Virus record (IMG/VR): IMGVR_UViG_3300046820_000298
Span: 1 to 64,000 of that record
Direction: 5' to 3' (one strand)
Source: a virus
DNA: 64,000 nucleotides
In this document: piece after piece, positions 11,901 through 20,128 of the stretch
How positions within the stretch are numbered: the stretch's first letter is position 1
How the letters are laid out: each line of letters starts with the position of its first letter
The notes under the pieces: model-generated
The model's input: the letters and a program-made list of their open reading frames with translations, nothing else
Databases searched by the model: none
Told to the model about the DNA's origin: nothing
Position numbers and translations under genes: made by a program

Positions 11901-13133
11901 CTCATCAGTAGGTAATCCTTCATTTTGAAGTTCGTAGGAAGTTTCGTCTTTACCAGTAATTTTAAGTCCGTTATCCTGCAACTTCTCTGCAAGAATATCT
12001 CTCCATCCGTATTTATCAACATTACCAGTAACAGGATTAAGAGTTGTATTCCAAGTCTTATAGATATTAGCACAGATATTTCTCAAAGGGATGTTATCCC
12101 CAAGTGCAGGAGCAGCTCCGTATTTTGCAAATACAGTTTTGATAGTATCTAAATTCTCTTGGCTTTTATTAGCAAGATAAGCAGTTTCAGCAGCAAATAG
12201 CTCCTCTGCTTCAGCAATAGGTAAGCTGCTTCCGTCTTGTTTTTTGTAGAGTCTAGTTAACATTGCATTAGCAATATCTCCTTTATTACCCTCTACTCCC
12301 ATAGCTTTAGATACATTGAAGTTGCTACCTGCAGCTTTCTTAGTATCCATAAAGATTGTATACAGAGTATCTTTAATCTCTGTAAAGTCTTGATCAGTAT
12401 ACTCTGTACGATGCATGTAAGCAACGTCGTGTCCTTGGAACTTCTGTGGGTTTCTGAATACTCCTCTACCTGCCAAGCTCTTACCCATGTTGTTACTCTG
12501 AATCAACGAGTAAGTCTGCTTCAAACTTAGATTATCACTAATCATAGCCTTAATCCAGTTGAACAGATTCTTAAACCACTTAGCCATTTTGCCAAGTAAT
12601 CCTTTACCAGACTCTTCTTCAGTAAGCACATACTCTCTAAACTCCTCAGCCATCTTCTCTTCGAGTACTAGATTACTAGCCTCTTGCTCAGATATATTAG
12701 GGAACTGAGATAGTATGTTAGCTACTTCATCAGCAGTAGGTTCACCAAATTGTTTCTTAGCTTCCTCATACAATCCTTGTCTTTGCTCATCACTAAGCAT
12801 AGTTCTGAAAGTCATGTGGTAAGCTTCGTGGTACTCTGTACCAGATTCAGCTGCAGTCCATAGATGCATACCGGCATTATGTACATACCCGTGTACAAAT
12901 CCATCTCCTACTTGATTAGCAGTATCATAGAACTCCAAAGACATTCCAGGGAATCTCTCTGCCAACCAAGCTTTAGCAGCCGTTTTGTTTATAGTAGCCC
13001 TGATTTTACCAGCATTATTAGCTCGTTCTCTAGCATCCCAGATATAGTAAGCCGAAGCTTTACCGTACTTTTTAGATAGAGCATCAAACTCTTCTTTAAC
13101 TTGTGGATCAGATAGGTTTGGACAAAATGCCAT
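5949..13133 (-). CDS. virion-packaged DNA-dependent RNA polymerase (crAss-like, two-barrel) with N-terminal zincin-like domain
   Basis: 2394 aa. Catalytic YRIPNQ...MGSDFDVDKLF (DxDxD, about 8225-8255), plus STDAQAF and FYKRM-type conserved blocks. HEAYH...EEKMAEEF at 12816-12830. Confidence 0.9.
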   Translation of the reverse strand: MAFCPNLSDPQVKEEFDALSKKYGKASAYYIWDARERANNAGKIRATINKTAAKAWLAERFPGMSLEFYDTANQVGDGFVHGYVHNAGMHLWTAAESGTEYHEAYHMTFRTMLSDEQRQGLYEEAKKQFGEPTADEVANILSQFPNISEQEASNLVLEEKMAEEFREYVLTEEESGKGLLGKMAKWFKNLFNWIKAMISDNLSLKQTYSLIQSNNMGKSLAGRGVFRNPQKFQGHDVAYMHRTEYTDQDFTEIKDTLYTIFMDTKKAAGSNFNVSKAMGVEGNKGDIANAMLTRLYKKQDGSSLPIAEAEELFAAETAYLANKSQENLDTIKTVFAKYGAAPALGDNIPLRNICANIYKTWNTTLNPVTGNVDKYGWRDILAEKLQDNGLKITGKDETSYELQNEGLPTDEQDAIEQELEAIDGVIEKIYGKSELGTSPAKRLTGKVKELLSTIKSSLPDANGNVQVNKFGVNTYLDREVVYRELLEVFTGKQKFSDMMAALENAAIYKPNIINPVLEFVKGLDAPQKAMLYNAFALATTEFVLMKSNSEANNKLKVDIFNPNRKGKAEKLVDSWRNAVIATDDTTSRGLYKPQLLEKEGEEPTLTYTRLDSRVDEIVKAFKALESVMPKRPIGDIPMEPGVTNPIVKALGDLMWSMGLNVGDNVNIQDTYDNIHKIVSNGFFVSDENGTRKVKGQAAAKTLQNEMFSLMIGIADFKLANGILSGGTKPANNNNFIVDKKSVALKLAEYFAPVLSIAGESHVSANGAQVYATNTQSHMQEIVNDLKTNKAAFIEKYMQDPFIGAYGNAKFQSILFRALQNEEFFKEFRLEDLDAIKEADYEDATTYGDMSKIDSYVVRLNAWINSGRTDTTKIFASVQADRDKFTALNVPRLSKISTKIRQNTSKAELIKAQIVQDFLRMAEARRVVVAAEKSGDRSLLVDGYHNDPKTGVTIDKDGNFLGRAFNSKFFQFTALDENGQQIVTDQTLTKAAQGVIDKTSISTVIDKYVKGELSKEEQQDIDSRLDAMVSKLDTYMKNQAAKLKQILSEKTTNNETHLDRIDNVSMPALKIDEMLEGFVFEETLMRNEMVKLFRGSRAYSKDLVDFYKRMGHLTSPGAKYALKSDNVGSVDWMPGEAYGMMDNYNEITLADLKLNATPEQTERANKAADNMRDGLVASGVPLDQAVAIANAYRPGKFDSTDAQAFISLEMHRSLMQGEGKWTKEDEMAYKSYKQTGEFVYQQGFVPKGYKAGDAVPVYPTKTYFEKLQLVGNSMTPISEKNSYSVLLKSYTKDFPKLEDLRQRMEAEGVYAGMDPVHVVNFVSGKKLAKRNVHTVTGRPGEFDKVVVNINESRGLRKPQTMPEMKDNPVVTLNRQIKKNMMANVQDGTIYTYNAGIKGAEVNLSGSQMKSLYHAAIEEKLDRDMQDVMQELKISDLTEALGTKDPKIINEAKLEVLKNIRDIIYEQILDGDLHSNYYRALDIELDATGKPRFKVPLDLPIYNKKFESIIMSVMSNRVFKQSVKGYEAVQVAQLGGHGTDNELKFYEVANENGKQRLVHAEIMIREDLARQFGIKPGQSLDEVPEELRRIIGYRIPNQDKASTVILKIKAFLPENYAKSVVVPGQLVKLMGSDFDVDKLFLMFPEVEQDPTSKYGIKKVIPDYQRIATTPGMIQDRNAVSNKQLNNIILDTMEAVMSNPAHFTETLSPLDDTTLKSEVDRVREALPEFDTAQDWNDISTETDALIRNQAGNKLRGIYANIIAGRNVAQHGVVNLNKDFAIKIKGAEGQVTEFTEYRTYTGEGITTDKSGSLFLSASVDAGKDPIQLELNDSVITAPVRALFIAYHPDYNTATCTSLLNQPYVRRLTSILEERYGGNISQLDNAKKIVITEIRTEMAKRKTALGDKTPVETKIADVTVPMDAADLANLSKEDRDLDKQLNYVQNFILFHKAGNKLMDLYKRITPDSMDGLNRIGNIQAYNDRSENFKSAKDQETDTPEPMMFFGPDPNGDVLDQFLGRDSIYGLERGYETLKDNSLLVASYFFPMRTSSAFLTMKERIKKGAGVKRVSSSMHQMIDGNLTFLMLTKQGSPFMRYLNQNYAEAMYSNPNNNIGTRLNSLKQQFPKLAYTKFISNFETEVDPVKKYYGIKFDGSFAFSRSEREGFTATLRAMMFSPQYFLNVNPESIVIKDDVIQDPKLRSEALSIAKLGEQLAMHSFLSNGFRQGAGSYHDIIPVEFFSKPQPVDGGQKKSILEFLHDESDKLENANYFDAGDLLTYMQLFGPMKSEGRPLLERENSRTLNNKTTELTSSKNKPFLVFKNSKTKEIGTFVKIGKKADKFVYARLDSAFVGKTIYSLPDISTSDKLAKAGIAIDALSELMNDTKIPGVRDNDNLLLCNG

Positions 13134-13143
13134 TGTTTATTTT

Positions 13144-16100
13144 TTAACAGTTATTCTCAGTATTTTTTGCTTGCTCTATAAATTTGGCTGCTTCAGATGC
13201 AAGGTCTTGTATATTTTCAGGGTCACTAGGCTCTTGTCCTAATTCTGCTTGAATAGCTTTTGCTTCTTCACTTCCTGCTTTAACTTCATATTTATTAATG
13301 AAACTAGGAATTCCCGTATCAGTATTCGTAGTTATAGTAGTTTTAGGAGCTGTTGTAGGTATTCCCGTAATGTCAAAGATACCACTTGTATCCTCAGCTC
13401 CAGTTATCTGTACAACTTTTTCTTCATCAGAAACTTGTGGTTGGGAAACTTGAGGAGTTGTTTGAACAGCAGTCTTAGAAATTCCTAACAGATTTTCCAT
13501 AAGTTTAATCAGCTTTGGATCTGATTCATGCAATTCTGTAGTTTCACCAAAAGCTTCATCATACACATTGAAGTAATTTCCTTTAGGAGTAGTCTCCATT
13601 CCAGCTTCTGCAAACTCTTCAAATCCTTGGCCTATAACCATTCTATTTTCATCCGTAGCCTGGTATCTTCCAAAAGATACTGCCACTAAAGGCTCATCAG
13701 GTTCTGTAGTTGTAGATTTAATATCTTTAATTTTACCAGTTGCTAAATTATTTAAAGTTGCTTGCACTGTAGTAGCTGGTACTTGAGGTGCAGGGTTTGC
13801 ACCACGTAACTCCTCTCTTACCTCCATAAGAAGTTTAGGGAATTCAGTTCCCCACTTACCCCTATCTTGTGTATGAGTAAGAGTAGCATTACCTGTAGCA
13901 AGAAGTTTAGCTAGAGCATCTGGGTTTTGTTTGAAAGATTCTAATAATCCTTCTTTCATTATTTCACTAGCTTTACTGTCCCATTCATCTACTTTTAAAC
14001 CTTTAACGGATCTACCCATAGATTTAGCCTGAGCTCCGCTGGCACTTTGAAATTTAGCAAACAAATTTTGATCAAATGGTTCTGTAGAGAAATCCATTTT
14101 TCTTGCTTGAAAATATCCCTCTACAGTATTAAAAGGGTAACCATCAATTTTAAATGGTCTTTTAGCAAAGTTACTTAACTCAGCATTTTCTCCTGTACCA
14201 GCATAGATGTTAATCTTAGTTTCTGGTCCGATAGTAGTAGTTGGCTGAGTAGAAGCTGCAGGCTGTCCTAAAGCAGCCAACTCTGCTTTTTTCTTTTCGA
14301 TAAACTTTTTAGCAGATTCAATTTGACCTTCAAGGGATTCTTTCCTTCTAGTTAACTCTATTATATCGTTTCTAGTTAATTGAAGTTTACTTAATTTATC
14401 AATCTCGTTATTTATTTCCTTTTTACGAGTTTCGTCTTTTGTGTTTCTTAACTTTTCATACAATGCACTTAACTCAGGTTGTAAGTTATTATCAAGTCTG
14501 TTATTAACTTTTGGTAACAAATTGTTTTCAATATCTGCTATTCTGTCTACAGCTTCTTGAATTTCTTTTTCTATTACAGCCTTGCTAGTTGTAGTAGGGG
14601 CTGCACTTACAACAGGTTGAATAGGCTTAGTATCAGTAGGCATTACAACTTGCTTAGCTGCTAACTCTCTTTCAGTAGTTACATCTTGCTCTCTAGTACC
14701 TAAGTTAGTAGTCTTAATCCCCACATCAAAGAATGGAGATTTCTGTGAGTTAACTTCTACGTCAACTCCTAAGATAGCCTTAGTTCCTTTTCCTTCTGTT
14801 CTCTCTTCAAGTATTTCATTCTCAGAAGTCAAGTATTGGAAATAAGAATCATAAACCTGTCCAGTAATTGGTGATGTATATGCTTCTTTAGTCTTAAGCA
14901 AGTTTTTATCAACTTGGAATTTCTTAAGCATTATAGCTTCTTTGAACTCATTAGCTAAGTTAGCTCCTACTGATTTTCTTACAGAGTCATCTTTAGTAGC
15001 TGTTAGTAGGCCTTTAAATCCTTCTTTATTTGTACCAAGTTCTACAAAAGAGAACATAGGGGTGCCACCAGCTAGAGCTACTTTCATATTAGCAGCATTC
15101 ATTCTAACTAGTGAGTTAGCACTTGGGGAGAAGAATGTTATAAGCTCTGTACCGTTAGCAAGAGTCTCAACAAGCATAAACGATTTAGCTGTTTCTACAT
15201 CAGAGAACTCTCTCTCCATCTCACCGTTAATCTCAGTGAATACTTGGCTACCAAGATCTGGATCTACTGAGTCGTTAAGAAGGAGGTTAGTTCCTACAAT
15301 CTGTGAAAACTGGTTAAGGCTAGGTACTTCAGCTTCAATTTTAGCAAGAGCAGCTGTTCTTCCAGCCTCAGTCATGTTTCTTGTAGAAGCCATTACAACT
15401 CTTGGAGCTCCGTTAGGATCAATAACTATTATTCCTACCTGTCCTAATGTAGCATTATTAGCATCTGCAGCAAGAACTGTATCTACTAGGTTAGGTATGT
15501 TACTATCTCCAGCAGTAGCTAATTTAAAGCTTGTCTGGAAATTCTGAATACCAACAAATACAACAGCTGGTGTCTCCCCAGTATTTACTAAAGTAGATGC
15601 AGGGTAGAAGAAGCTAAATCTTTTTTGTAGACCAGTTTGTTTATCCTCGGCAAATACAATAGCATTAGAATAATTGGTACTATCGTACACCTTTCCAGCA
15701 GACATAGCTACTGGAGTAAGACCCTTCTTATAAAGGTCATAGATATCTTTTCTCATAGCCCCTTGCTCACCTGGATTATTTCCAGGAGCAAATGCCTGAA
15801 GTACACCTACAGCTTGTTCTTCACCAGCTTGATCTTTAACATACATAAAAATTGGAACAGTCATCCATTCCTCTCCTGCAGTAGGAGTTTGAGTTGCCCA
15901 CCAGTCAGTATCTTCTCTAACTTCGAATCTAACTTCTGTACCTTCTGTTGCAATGAACGGGCTAGAGGCAAGAGCAGGGTTAACTATAATTGGAACTTGC
16001 CCTACAGTTTGACTTCTGTTATTACTAGGTATAGAGGCTCCTTCTTCTGACACCAGAACCTTACCCTCCATACGAGTTTTCTCTCCTTTAGCAAGTCTAA

Positions 16101-19100
16101 CATCTAGTTGACCAGCTGTAGTCACAGTAATAGGTTGTGCAGCTACTACAGGTTGTGTGGTAGCTTGAGCTTTCTTTTTCTCCTCTTCTAGTTTACGAAG
16201 CTTCTCAGCTTCTTCTCTTTGCTGTCTAAGTTGCTTGGCTTGCTCCTCAGTTAAGATGCCATCCAACCCTTGCGTCGAAGTTCCTTCTCTAGGAGTGATA
16301 TCCTTTCCTTCAGGCTCTTGCCCTTCAGAAGAGATACCAGCTCCTTCGGCAGCGTCACGGTCTTGACGTAATTTCTCAAGTTCTCTTGCTTCATTGATGC
16401 TATTTATTTTGTTTGTACGTTTGGTAATCTTAGACTTAATAACTCCAATCTTTTTATTAACCTCTTTCAAAGATACTGTAGCAGCTGCTACATCTTGCCC
16501 TTCTCCGTATTTACCGTCTATGATATCCTGGTATCCTTTGGCAGCTTTATCAAGTGGTACAAGTTCATCTTCAAACTTTTTAATTTCTTCTTCAAGGCCA
16601 ACTTTAATTAAGTCTTCTTCAGATGGGGATAAAACATTTTCTACTTCAGCTGTAGTCTCAGTAGTGCCTAGAGCATCTTGTCTCTTAGCCTGCTTTCTTT
16701 CACGAAGAGTCTTAATCTTACTATTAAGTAGTTGAGTAATTCTCTTTTTAATAGCTCTTAATTCTTTGGTTTGAGGATCCTGGTCAAACTCTTTTTTAGT
16801 AAATCCAGCTTCCTTAGCTATCTGTTCTTCTATAGTTATAATCTGATTAACTTCTTCTAAATCAGATTTAAGAGTTTCAATCTGAGCACGGAGCTGATCA
16901 TCAGTTAGACCTGCAGTCTTGCTAAGATTGTTTTTAGCAAGCTCTCTCTCCGTCTCTGTAGATTCGTTATTCTCTTCAAACTTTTCTCTTACTGCTGCAT
17001 CTTCTTTTATAGCTTGAATCCTTGGTTCAAGTTGCTCTTTAGCTTCAGCCAATGGAATAGACTGGTCAGCTCTTATAGATGCAGCTTGCAACAGAGTCAT
17101 ATAAGCAAGACCTTCTGCAATTGCATTTTCTCTTTCAGTAACTTCTGGATTAGCAGAGTCTGCTATATCTACTGACTTCCAAGTGACTACATTACCTGTA
17201 GCCATATCAGTTACTTTAACTCCTACAATAGTTCCTAGCTCATCTCTAATTAAAGCATCAACTGGGTCGACTTCTAGGTTTGAATAGGTTCTTCCATCGA
17301 TAGTAAAGCTACTACCGTCAGAACTAACCATTATCTCCCCAAATGTTCTAGCTTCTATATCACTAAGAACTTCTTCGTATGAAGCAGTGGTTGCTGCAGT
17401 AGTAGCTGCATCCGGAGCTTCAAACCCAATATTTTTCTGGAAGTTTTTTTCAGCTTCTAGTTCATCTAGCCTTTTCTTATATCTTTTGTAAGCAGATTCT
17501 TCAATTGGAGATAGCTTCTCAGGATCAATGGCATCGAAATCTTCTTTGCTCATATTTCTGTATCCTGCTATAACTGCATCTTCTTTAGCAATAAGCTCTT
17601 CTCTCTTAACTATAGCTGCAGCAATATCCTCAGGATCTGCATTCTTAGGGAATGAGTTGTTAAGCTCTTCTACAGATTCAGAGTTGGCAACAGCTGCTTG
17701 AGCCTGTTGTTTATTTTTGTACTTATCATCTTGCTTTCTTTTAGCTACTTCAGCTTCTACAAGGAGAGCAATATCCTCTGGCTTGTCTCTTAGAGCTTGG
17801 TAACTTTGAACAGCACTTTGTCTATCCCCAATTAACTGACCTAGTTCTTGAATTTTTTTCTGAAACTGTCTTCCGTCTTCTGGGTTTAAAACACTTTTAG
17901 CTTTAAATATCTCATTAAGTTTCTCATAAAGCTTGGCATTCGGAGTAGTAGTTACCCCACTTGTAATAGATATCTCCCCTTTATCATCAACCTTTACATT
18001 ACCAGTTTTAACTATGTACTCAAAGTCTTCCTCTGGTATTGCAGATAATGCAGGGGCTAGATCACGAAGCTCTTGGTAAGTTTGCTTAATCAAATCATCG
18101 TGTGTATCCACATGTTCTAGTCTATTAAGCAGAACATTAGCATACATAGTTTTGATTGAAGTTTCTAGAGCTTTTGATTTCTTTAACTCTTCACTCTCAA
18201 ATGAATCTAGTATTCTACCGAACATTCCCATTGATGGGTTATGTGCTCTTAGTATATCTTGAACTTGCTCTTGTCTCTTAACACTTCTCTCCATCTTTGA
18301 CTTAACGTCATCGATAAGCTCTCCTTGCTCCATACCAGTTTGCTCTTTAAGAGTCCTGTTAGCTTCGTAGCCCCATCTCTTCTTAAACTCAGTTTCATCT
18401 AGTTGCTTAAGATCGTCCATCATCTCCATTGCATAGTCAAGAGCTCCAACCTTTCTGTATTGGTTAGCTACACTAGAAATAATCTTTCTACGAGCAATCT
18501 CAGCATCTTTAAAGTTGCCAGCATTGTTAGCTTCGGTCATCTCTTTTGCTAAAGCAATATTCCTATCGGATTGCTCCATGTTTTCTAAGACTTTACCGAA
18601 TGCTTCAGAGTTCATTATATCAAGAGCCTTCTTAGTATTTGCATCTTTCTGTTTAGCAAACTTACTATCAGCTCCACCAAGTCTAGAGATAGTACCTGTA
18701 CCACCACCGACTAAAGCTCCAATAAGGATACTTTCAAGTCCTTCTTTAGTCCCGATAGATTTAGATAAGCCGTTAGTAAAGGCTTCTACCATATCTCCAG
18801 TTCCATCAGCAAACTTATCTGAGTAGTAATCTTTAGAAGTTTCAGCTGTTACAAACTGTCCAGCTTCTTGAAAACCTTCAGATAATGAATTTTTTATAGG
18901 GGCACCGAATATTCTATTAGACTTAGCAAATGCTTTAGCCATTCCTTTCTCTGGAATATCTTCTACCCATTTACCTGCTACTTTCTTGATATCATACATT
19001 TGAGATTCAGCTACTGGCTTAATCCCTTTAAACATCTTAGCAAAGCTTATTGCATTTGTACCAGCAAGAAGTGGAAGGTTAACTCCAAAAGTTAAGTTAC

Positions 19101-20124
19101 CAGCTGCAGCTCCAGATTCTTCTATTCCTTTTCTTACATCATCAGGCATCTCCTGACCAGGATTAGCCTCCTCCCATTTAGCAGTTTGTTCTTCAATGAA
19201 ACCATTCTTAGCTTCTCTAGCTTCTACTGATGCTTCAGCAAGAGACATGTGTAATGCAACACTAGTATTTTTAGCAGCTGTTTTTATACCAGCTTGTCTG
19301 GCCATTTTAGCTAATCCTTGATCTATTCCCTTAGCAATATTATTAGTGTAAGGAGCACTAGCAACTTTAGCTGCATTGTAAATCTGTAATTGTTTACTTC
19401 CAAACTTAGCAGCATCTGCCCCAATATCCATTGCCTTATCAGTAGCTTTAGCAATCTTAGACATTCGTCCTAAATTACCTAACTTAGCTATCATAGCTCC
19501 TTCCCCAACACCTAACCAGGCAGTTGCAAGAGAGCCTAATGTATAACCAGCACCATTAGCAAACTTATCAGCCCAGAAATTAGCAGTGGTCATTCCTTCT
19601 AGAACTCCCATATCTTGCTCTCTCTGAGTGTAATAGTTAGGCATAGCCTCTTGAGCCCACTTGTTTATCTCATCAATAGATCTACCTACCGGATTATCAT
19701 AGTAACTGTGGTTTTCTCCAAATGCTAAGTTGAGTAATCCTCCAGCTACACCAACAGTATTTTCTGCAACAGCTCCTAATGCTGTAATTCCAGCTTTAGT
19801 TAATCCATTTGCCCATTTTTCTACAGTACCCTGGTTTTGAGCACGAGTTTCATTCCAATCTGCAAATGCATTTCGTGGAACCCCGTAGCTAGTGTAATCT
19901 TCTAGTGGGTCCGTATAAGTATTTGTTAAACTTATTGTAGCTGCATTTAAGTCAAGCCCAGAAAATCCAGTTCTTGGAGTATTCTGAGTTGGGGCAAATA
20001 CGTTTGCATCTCCTGTCTTCTTGTACATGTAAGTTGCAAACGGATCATTAGACTTCTCTTTAATGTCTTTTACTGGAAGCCCTGACTTCTTAGCAATGTA
20101 ATTTTCAAATGGATCTTCAGTCAT
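13144..20124 (-). CDS. giant virion ejection protein with internal NADAR domain
   Basis: 2326 aa with Gly/Ala-rich hydrophobic N-terminal helices and long coiled coils. NADAR motifs near the C-terminus. First of the three giant genes. Confidence 0.8.
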   Translation of the reverse strand: MTEDPFENYIAKKSGLPVKDIKEKSNDPFATYMYKKTGDANVFAPTQNTPRTGFSGLDLNAATISLTNTYTDPLEDYTSYGVPRNAFADWNETRAQNQGTVEKWANGLTKAGITALGAVAENTVGVAGGLLNLAFGENHSYYDNPVGRSIDEINKWAQEAMPNYYTQREQDMGVLEGMTTANFWADKFANGAGYTLGSLATAWLGVGEGAMIAKLGNLGRMSKIAKATDKAMDIGADAAKFGSKQLQIYNAAKVASAPYTNNIAKGIDQGLAKMARQAGIKTAAKNTSVALHMSLAEASVEAREAKNGFIEEQTAKWEEANPGQEMPDDVRKGIEESGAAAGNLTFGVNLPLLAGTNAISFAKMFKGIKPVAESQMYDIKKVAGKWVEDIPEKGMAKAFAKSNRIFGAPIKNSLSEGFQEAGQFVTAETSKDYYSDKFADGTGDMVEAFTNGLSKSIGTKEGLESILIGALVGGGTGTISRLGGADSKFAKQKDANTKKALDIMNSEAFGKVLENMEQSDRNIALAKEMTEANNAGNFKDAEIARRKIISSVANQYRKVGALDYAMEMMDDLKQLDETEFKKRWGYEANRTLKEQTGMEQGELIDDVKSKMERSVKRQEQVQDILRAHNPSMGMFGRILDSFESEELKKSKALETSIKTMYANVLLNRLEHVDTHDDLIKQTYQELRDLAPALSAIPEEDFEYIVKTGNVKVDDKGEISITSGVTTTPNAKLYEKLNEIFKAKSVLNPEDGRQFQKKIQELGQLIGDRQSAVQSYQALRDKPEDIALLVEAEVAKRKQDDKYKNKQQAQAAVANSESVEELNNSFPKNADPEDIAAAIVKREELIAKEDAVIAGYRNMSKEDFDAIDPEKLSPIEESAYKRYKKRLDELEAEKNFQKNIGFEAPDAATTAATTASYEEVLSDIEARTFGEIMVSSDGSSFTIDGRTYSNLEVDPVDALIRDELGTIVGVKVTDMATGNVVTWKSVDIADSANPEVTERENAIAEGLAYMTLLQAASIRADQSIPLAEAKEQLEPRIQAIKEDAAVREKFEENNESTETERELAKNNLSKTAGLTDDQLRAQIETLKSDLEEVNQIITIEEQIAKEAGFTKKEFDQDPQTKELRAIKKRITQLLNSKIKTLRERKQAKRQDALGTTETTAEVENVLSPSEEDLIKVGLEEEIKKFEDELVPLDKAAKGYQDIIDGKYGEGQDVAAATVSLKEVNKKIGVIKSKITKRTNKINSINEARELEKLRQDRDAAEGAGISSEGQEPEGKDITPREGTSTQGLDGILTEEQAKQLRQQREEAEKLRKLEEEKKKAQATTQPVVAAQPITVTTAGQLDVRLAKGEKTRMEGKVLVSEEGASIPSNNRSQTVGQVPIIVNPALASSPFIATEGTEVRFEVREDTDWWATQTPTAGEEWMTVPIFMYVKDQAGEEQAVGVLQAFAPGNNPGEQGAMRKDIYDLYKKGLTPVAMSAGKVYDSTNYSNAIVFAEDKQTGLQKRFSFFYPASTLVNTGETPAVVFVGIQNFQTSFKLATAGDSNIPNLVDTVLAADANNATLGQVGIIVIDPNGAPRVVMASTRNMTEAGRTAALAKIEAEVPSLNQFSQIVGTNLLLNDSVDPDLGSQVFTEINGEMEREFSDVETAKSFMLVETLANGTELITFFSPSANSLVRMNAANMKVALAGGTPMFSFVELGTNKEGFKGLLTATKDDSVRKSVGANLANEFKEAIMLKKFQVDKNLLKTKEAYTSPITGQVYDSYFQYLTSENEILEERTEGKGTKAILGVDVEVNSQKSPFFDVGIKTTNLGTREQDVTTERELAAKQVVMPTDTKPIQPVVSAAPTTTSKAVIEKEIQEAVDRIADIENNLLPKVNNRLDNNLQPELSALYEKLRNTKDETRKKEINNEIDKLSKLQLTRNDIIELTRRKESLEGQIESAKKFIEKKKAELAALGQPAASTQPTTTIGPETKINIYAGTGENAELSNFAKRPFKIDGYPFNTVEGYFQARKMDFSTEPFDQNLFAKFQSASGAQAKSMGRSVKGLKVDEWDSKASEIMKEGLLESFKQNPDALAKLLATGNATLTHTQDRGKWGTEFPKLLMEVREELRGANPAPQVPATTVQATLNNLATGKIKDIKSTTTEPDEPLVAVSFGRYQATDENRMVIGQGFEEFAEAGMETTPKGNYFNVYDEAFGETTELHESDPKLIKLMENLLGISKTAVQTTPQVSQPQVSDEEKVVQITGAEDTSGIFDITGIPTTAPKTTITTNTDTGIPSFINKYEVKAGSEEAKAIQAELGQEPSDPENIQDLASEAAKFIEQAKNTENNC
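13800..14220 (-). other. NADAR (YbiA-like) domain within the 2326-aa protein
   Basis: LSNFAKRPFKIDG-F-TVEGYFQARK...AKSMGR...W...MKEGLLESFKQNPDALAKLLATG...W...LLMEVREEL matches the NADAR family pattern. Flanked by Pro/Thr/Gln-rich linkers. Confidence 0.85.
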
Positions 20125-20128
20125 CTAT

